Source of the DNA: Octopus sinensis
Taxonomy: Eukaryota
Assembly: GCF_006345805.1 (NCBI RefSeq)
Contig: NW_021829813.1
Location: forward strand, 1-5,873
DNA: 5,873 nt
Reading direction: 5' to 3'
In this document: piece after piece, positions 1 through 5,873 of the stretch
Layout of the letters: each line of letters starts with the position of its first letter
Position numbering within the stretch: the stretch's first letter is position 1
Made by a program: the position numbers and the translations under genes
Notes under the pieces: model-generated
The model's database searches: none
What the model was told of the DNA's origin: nothing
Seen by the model: the letters and a program-made list of their open reading frames with translations, nothing else

Positions 1-1
1 T

Positions 2-1002
<1,001 letters not shown>

Positions 1003-1008
1003 TAAGTC

Positions 1009-1499
1009 AGATCTTTTCCTTTTGAACGGCAGTTTTTAACAAAATTTCTAGTGAACTAAACACTTTAAAACTTTGTATACTGGTAGAATGTATCAAAATA
1101 AAACATTTTTTTCTCTTGGCTTTCTTGAGAAAATTGTAATTTATTTATTGAACGTAGTTTAATTTTTTGAATTTTAACCAATCGTATGCCCTCTATTGAG
1201 CTAAGATCATTTGCTGCATCTAAAACTGAGCCCTAACCCTAAATTTTGCCTCTTGTTTTTTTTGTTTTATTGTTATCCTTAAATTAATTTAAGGATAACA
1301 ATTAAGTAAAAAAAAACGAAAGCAAAAACTCAACCAATACAAAACGGTTAGGGTTAGGGGTGCGGGAAGGGTATCTTCTTTTCTTCACAAATGTAAATAA
1401 ACCCAATAAACATATTCATACAGCACGGTATGATTTGACTCGAAATGGACGTATTTGATTGGTAAAAATTGCCGCAATGCTCGATTTTAAAGTGGAAAT
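1009..1499. mobile_element. Non-autonomous TIR DNA transposon (GGATCTTTTC family), foldback arrangement, right side truncated
   Basis: Starts AGATCTTTTCCTTTTGAACGGCAG, the same terminus as 1664 and 3178. Contains (CCCTAA)2 at 1231-1242, a central palindrome, (TTAGGG)2 at 1348-1359, then an inverted family arm (1348-1499) nearly identical to 5681-5845. Confidence 0.8.
1269..1302. repeat. Perfect 34-bp palindrome
   Basis: ATTGTTATCCTTAAATT|AATTTAAGGATAACAAT is its own reverse complement. The T-rich and A-rich flanks extend the stem imperfectly. Confidence 0.95.
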
Positions 1500-1663
1500 G
1501 GGTTGATCGTAATCAGAATTCAATGTTGCATCGATAAACCAAAATTGAAAACGATCTAAGCAGAATTAATGATGGGGAGGGATCATTTTGCAAATAAGAA
1601 AGACTATACCAAAACATTTTAAATCTAGTAGCTATACCATCCGACTCTTTTGCTGCAGAACAA

Positions 1664-2069
1664 GGATCTTTTCTGTTTGACCGGCAGTTTTTTACAATAG
1701 GTTCCACGTAACTAAACGCTTTTAAACTTCGTATACTGGTAGAATGTGTTTATAAAACATCTTTTTCTCTTGGCTTTATTGAGAAAATTCTGCAGTTTGT
1801 AAGATATTTGTTGGTTTTTTTTCTTCAATTTCTGCAATTTCAACCAATCAGTGACATCTATTGAGGTGAAAACATTCTGTGCCGTATGAATATGTCCCTC
1901 GTTTAAGAAACATATTGGATTTATTTACATTTCTGAAGAAAAAAAGATACTCCTAACCCTAACCCTAAAACAGATTGAAATGCAATAGATCGATACTAGG
2001 GTCATAATTATGGGTGACAATTTCATATGATGCCGCTAGAAAAAGCTGCCGTTCAAACGGAAAAGATCC
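1664..2069 (+). mobile_element. MITE / non-autonomous DNA transposon (GGATCTTTTC family), 406 bp, both TIRs present
   Basis: Left TIR GGATCTTTTCTGTTTGACCGGCAG (1664-1687) matches the reverse complement of 2046-2069 at 22/24. Internal CCTAACCCTAACCCTAA at 1952-1968. Body is homologous to 3178-3430. No TSD immediately adjacent. Confidence 0.88.
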
Positions 2070-2674
2070 GATGGGAGTAAGACACGCGTGTCTGTGCCCC
2101 ACACCCACCACTATCTGTCAAGTCGTGTTGCTTTCTTTGACATTGTGGTTCGGTACGCGGAGGACGTAAAAGTAGCAATAAAAATGTCAGCTTCTAGCTT
2201 TGTATCATTTGTTATTATTTGGATTTTTTCTTACAATTCACATTTTCAAAAATTTACCACTTTACTTTTAGCATCAGACAAAAGTGTTATTAATATGGGA
2301 AGCATAACAACCGGATTCCTAATTCGTTTCGTTGACGTTCCGTGTCGGCTTTTCGATGTCTCTTTTTTCGCTAGATCGCTTATTTGTGTAATTAAAAATA
2401 TTATAAAACACTGACTAATATATTATAAGAGTTAAGATGTAACACATATTTTATTTTTATTAAAAGCCTATGTATCTGGCTAATTGGAAACAGCAGGCAG
2501 TTTTGAAAGTTTTAAATACTGCTTGTCTGAAATTGATATTAATTCTATTGTCCAGTAAGCTTCGTAAATTATGCCTAGAAAATCTGGATTTTACTTGTGG
2601 CCATGAAAAAGCACCAGATTTTTAATTACAATTATTTTAATAAATACTTCATTATTTTAGTAGATATTTCAGTG

Positions 2675-2833
2675 TTTTCCGAGCATGATGTCCTTCTCCG
2701 GGGATTTTCTCCGCATAATATGACCAAAATATGCCAATCTATGCTTGGTGATCCCATCTTCTAGCGACATTTTCGGCCTTTTCTGCTTAAGAACTTCTCC
2801 ATTGGTGAGCCTCGCTGTCCACGGAATCCGCAA
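2675..2833 (-). mobile_element. RTE-clade (BovB-like) LINE fragment, C-terminal part of the ORF
   Basis: Minus strand reads LRIPWTARLTNGEVLKQKRPKMSLEDGITKHRLAYFGHIMRRKSPEKDIMLGK, matching the recalled RTE/BovB signature LRIPWTAR..N..IL...SLE....L.YFGH.MRR..SLEK..MLGK. Confidence 0.88.
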
Positions 2834-3177
2834 TTTGTTGATATTATTTAATTAAATATCAAGATACAGTGAATGGGAGACTTTTACATTTAAATCGCCC
2901 GAAATTTCGTCTAGATGTAACTTCTCCCCGTTAATTAAACCTTTAAATTAGTGCTGAAAGAAGAAATAACGTTTGATTTCATGGTAGGGGTGAAACATTA
3001 ATGATATTATAATGGCTCAGAGTTACTTCCCTTAGCATTAAACAGAAAGAAATGCCTTCAAACTTTATATTTCGTCTTTATTCCTCTTCGACCAGATCCA
3101 GCTGGAATAGCTCTCTGCTGTCTCTGATATTGCCTCCAGAGCATTGCTCATGTTCTTCCCAGAGACTGAGGGTTGTT

Positions 3178-3518
3178 GGATCTTTTCCTTTTGAACGGCA
3201 CTTTGTAACATAATTTCTAGTTAACTAAACACTTTTAAACTTCGTATACTGGTAGAATGTGTTATAAAACATCTTTTTCTCTTGGCTTTATTGAGAAAAT
3301 TCTATAGTTTGTAACATATTTCGTCTTTAATTTCGAGCATTTCGGCAATTTTAACCAATCGCTGACCTCCATTTAGGTAAACAACATTCCGTGCTGTATG
3401 AATATGTCCCTCGTTTAAGAAACAGATTGGATGTTTTATAAACACATTCTACCAGTATACGAAGTTTTTAGTTAACCAGAAATTGTGTTGAAAATTGACG
3501 TTCAAAAGGAAAAGATCC
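3178..3518. mobile_element. MITE (GGATCTTTTC family) with ~90-bp inverted ends and an 8-bp TSD; possibly Merlin superfamily
   Basis: GGATCTTTTCCTTTTGAACG at 3178 and CGTTCAAAAGGAAAAGATCC ending at 3518. Flanked by the exact direct repeat GGGTTGTT (3170-3177 and 3519-3526). GG...CC termini with an 8-bp TSD fit Merlin/IS1016-like elements better than hAT (inference). Confidence 0.92.
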
Positions 3519-3659
3519 GGGTTGTTTCTTTAAAGGTGATTTGCCCACAAGATCTCTCGATCGAACCTCCATGGCGAGAAACTTCCCTCGGAAGTTTAGT
3601 TCCTCCAACATGGCGTATTTTTCAATCTTCCACAGGAGCGCTTCCCTTGTCCTCCTTTC

Positions 3660-3833
3660 AAACGGCATTCTTTGTTTCTATATGTAGGGTAGGTACCACT
3701 GGTATCATTACGTGTAATGTTATCTAATTTCTTTCTAGCTCCCCGCCCCTATACTCGAACCCTATCTTTCTGATCATTTCCAGAGAACTGCATGAAGTTC
3801 GGTATATGCTTTTTCGTTTCATAGGGTTCGCAT
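3660..3833 (-). pseudogene. Penelope-like element ORF remnant, thumb/linker region (continuation of 4509-4930)
   Basis: Minus strand: CEPYETKKHIPNFMQFSGNDQKDRVRV*GRGARKKLDNITRNDTSGTYPTYRNKE. It joins ...NNVSPLCE across the duplicated GTTCGCAT and resembles the recalled PLE post-thumb pattern (..SGY...R......G..P.YR.K). Confidence 0.7.
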
Positions 3834-4508
3834 AGTGACGTCATTCTTCAGTGTGCGTGTGCGGTGTTGGAACCTTCTGAAAAGGCCTAAGGAAGTTCCG
3901 CCTTTGTAGTGACGTCATTCTTCAGTGCGCGTGTGCGGGGCTGGAACCTTCTGGAAAAGCCTAAGGAATTTCCCTCATGCACATGTGCTAAAAACTGGGG
4001 GAAAAACTTCTATCGCGTTCCTTGTTAGCGTCGGGGACTTGAAACACGGCTATTGAAGAGAGAAGACGTGTTTAACGTGTTTTCAGCCTATTCTCCTGTC
4101 TCAGACGCTTGGGATTTGACCGGCTCTGTTGCTGCTGGAGTTGTTGTGAGGTTTATCTTTACAAATGTTTAACTTCAGTCTTGCTGTACCTACACCAAGT
4201 GGTTACCAATTTACCAAAGTGCCTTCTTTATGTAAATAACGAAATAAAGTGTCATATTTTCTAAGGTTGCTTTCTTATTCCTGACGCCGGTAGTTTTTGG
4301 AAACAAAGAAGGAAATTGTGTTGCACCCAAACAGTGCAAAAGACACAACCTGTTCCAGACAGTTCTTTTACAGTGGATCTCGACGCTAACAAGGAACGCG
4401 ATAGAATTCTTTCCCCAGTTTTTAGCGCATGTGCATGAGGGAACATCCTTTGGCCTTTCCAGAAGGTTCCAGCCCCACACACGCACACTGAAGAATGACG
4501 TCACTACC
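3833..4508. mobile_element. Second non-autonomous TIR element (GGTAGTGACGTCA termini) with ~128-bp TIRs and a duplicated left end, inserted in the Penelope-like ORF
   Basis: 3906-4033 is the near-identical reverse complement of 4381-4507. An extra ~65-bp terminal copy lies at 3833-3898 (period 74). Flanking direct repeat GTTCGCAT at 3826-3833 and 4509-4516; the left terminus lacks the terminal GG. Confidence 0.88.
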
Positions 4509-4930
4509 GTTCGCATAATGGGGACACATTGTTCATTATTCTAAGTCTGCTATCAGTATGTTAATTTTCATGTTGTGTGACAAAGCTGAGTTCTTGTGAA
4601 CAACATATTTTGAAGTTATGGGTTTCATGTAATAGGAGCGGAGGAGCTGCACTCTATTGTTCACAGTCTCTAACCAAAGTTCAGTATCAAGTACAGGGAG
4701 TCTATTGTTGGGGTGTCTAGTGGGGTAATCTATTTCTTTACTATCCACAAGGGGCTAAACACAGAGAGAACAAACAAGGACAGTTTCTACATTACCGTCA
4801 CAAGAGTTGGTTCTAACTATGATATTAATGTCATCTACATATCTACTGTAGAGTTGTGGACCGTTCTGCTAACGTTTGTTGAAGTTTTCTGGTCATGAAG
4901 AGGCCAGCTACACCGACTCCAATGGCTGCA
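4509..4930 (-). pseudogene. Penelope-like retroelement reverse transcriptase remnant (motif B to thumb), frameshifted
   Basis: Across frames: AAIGVGVAGLFM; LYSRYVDDINIIV (catalytic YVDD at 4830-4841); DYPTRHPNNRLPVLDTELWL...YYMKPITSKYVVHKNSALSHNMKINILIADL; then RIMNNVSPLCE. Confidence 0.85.
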
Positions 4931-5311
4931 TACTTTTACTTGTTTCAGTCATTTGACTGCGGCCATGCTGGAGCACCGCCTTTAGTCGAGCAAATCGAAC
5001 CCAAGACTTATTCTTTGTAAGCCTAGTACTTATTCTATTGGACTCTTTTGCCGAACTGCTAAGTGACGGCGACGTAAACACACCAGCATAGATTGTCAAG
5101 CAATGCTAGCGGGACAAACAGACAATCACACATATATATACACATATACGACGAGCTTCTTTCAGTTTCCCTCTACGAAATCCGCTCACAAGGCTTTGGT
5201 CGGCCCAGGGCTTTAGTAGGAGACACTTGCCGAAGACGCCACGTAGTGGGACTGAACCCGGAACCATGCGGTTGGTAAGCAAGCTACTTACCACACAGCC
5301 ACTCCTGCGCC
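4931..5311 (-). mobile_element. tRNA-derived SINE (common octopus SINE type), ~380 bp, apparently full length
   Basis: Minus-strand head GGCGCAGGAGTGGCTGTGTGG with A box TGGCTGTGTGG (5291-5301) and B box GGTTCAGTCCC (5248-5258). Central CA/TA microsatellite-like tract ~5115-5148; 3' tail ...TGACTGAAACAAGTAAAAGTA. Splits the RT between KFNKKDY and AAIG. Family identity is from recall. Confidence 0.88.
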
Positions 5312-5312
5312 T

Positions 5313-5680
5313 ATAGTCTTTTTTATTAAACTTTACTATGTGGTCCTTCAAGCTGGATTTTACACTGGCCCCTATTTCATGTGCAATCATTTCTCTCACC
5401 TGATTGTTGTTCTCAGGGTTTTGGGTGGGTGCAGTCCAGCTACTCCAGCGCTCTGTGGTGCTTTTCTTCACTGCTGAAGTGATGGTGGGTGGTCATCTAA
5501 ATAGCTACTGTCGTAGCTTAGTCTGAGGAGGAGGCCCAGTTTCCTCGTGTTGACCTTACGGAACTCCACCTCATTCTCACAGACTACCTGAATGCATTTC
5601 TCCACATCAAAATCTATGTCTATAGATGGGTAAAGTGAAATCACATCCATACTACCCACTACACAACCTGTAGGGTCGTT
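5313..5680 (-). pseudogene. Penelope-like retroelement reverse transcriptase remnant (motif A to start of motif B), frameshifted
   Basis: VVGSMDVISLYPSIDID (RT motif A, DVxSLYPSI) ...LGLLLRL; frameshift near 5480; then PTITSAVKKSTTERWSSWTAP...QVREMIAHEIGASVKSSLKDHIVKFNKKDY. Confidence 0.85.
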
Positions 5681-5873
5681 GGGTTAGAGGTGGGGGAAGG
5701 GTATCTTTTTTTCTTCACAAATGTAAATAAACCCAATCTGTTTCTTACACAAGGGACATATTCATACAGCACGGTATGTTTTGACTCCAAATGGACGTAT
5801 TTGATTGGTTAAAATTGCCGAAATGCTTGATTTTAAGGTGGAAATATATTACAAACTATAGAATTTTCTCAAT
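5681..5873 (-). mobile_element. Partial inverted copy of the GGATCTTTTC MITE family, running off the window end
   Basis: GGGTTAGAGGTGGGGGAAGGGTATCTT...CACAAATGTAAATAAACCCAAT...GGACATATTCATACAGCACGG...AAACTATAGAATTTTCTCAAT. It is a direct repeat of 1351-1499 and the reverse complement of the bodies at ~1780-1960 and ~3290-3430. Confidence 0.88.

Noticed and set aside
2088-2414. 108-aa ORF
   Set aside because: GTG start, no recognisable motifs, low-complexity AT-rich codons; likely chance.
3845-4494. Hammerhead ribozyme cores (CTGAAGA at 4488 and on the minus strand at 3845 and 3919), expected near Penelope-like elements
   Set aside because: No stem II followed by a properly placed GAAA; the motifs lie within the TIR element, not in a pLTR.
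4211-4516. ORFs 4211..4516 and 4261..4488 as a transposase
   Set aside because: They run through the TIR and show no DDE or other motifs; the element is non-autonomous.
4713-5278. ORFs 4713..4898, 4908..5099 and 5093..5278 (likewise 1513..1707 and 3485..3727)
   Set aside because: They are antisense to the RT remnant, lie inside the SINE, or straddle MITE junctions; spurious.
5670-5690. Telomere-capped 5' end of the Penelope-like element (Athena/Coprina-like terminal retroelement)
   Set aside because: The GGGTTAG is the internal telomeric remnant of the adjacent MITE arm (matches 1351-1357) and is only about one unit; a deletion junction is the simpler explanation.

Overview
Eukaryotic, AT-rich animal DNA, most likely an octopus or other coleoid cephalopod (inferred from the [11 protein letters not shown]...HTGEKP finger consensus and a recalled octopus SINE). 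Bases 2-975 are the 3' part of a tandem C2H2 zinc-finger array (84-bp units) that the ORF track missed; it has a 1-nt frameshift at ~132. The rest is a nested transposon graveyard: four segments of a GGATCTTTTC-ended TIR/MITE family (three with internal telomeric TTAGGG repeats; one copy with an exact 8-bp TSD), an RTE/BovB LINE fragment, and a decayed minus-strand Penelope-like reverse transcriptase (DVxSLYPSI, AAIG, RYVDD, LPVLD and thumb motifs). The Penelope-like element is interrupted by a tRNA-derived SINE and by a second long-TIR element carrying three perfect CRE palindromes. I see no prokaryotic-type novel system. The most interesting structures are the telomere-repeat/palindrome foldback and the rearranged TIR elements that still carry target-site duplications.
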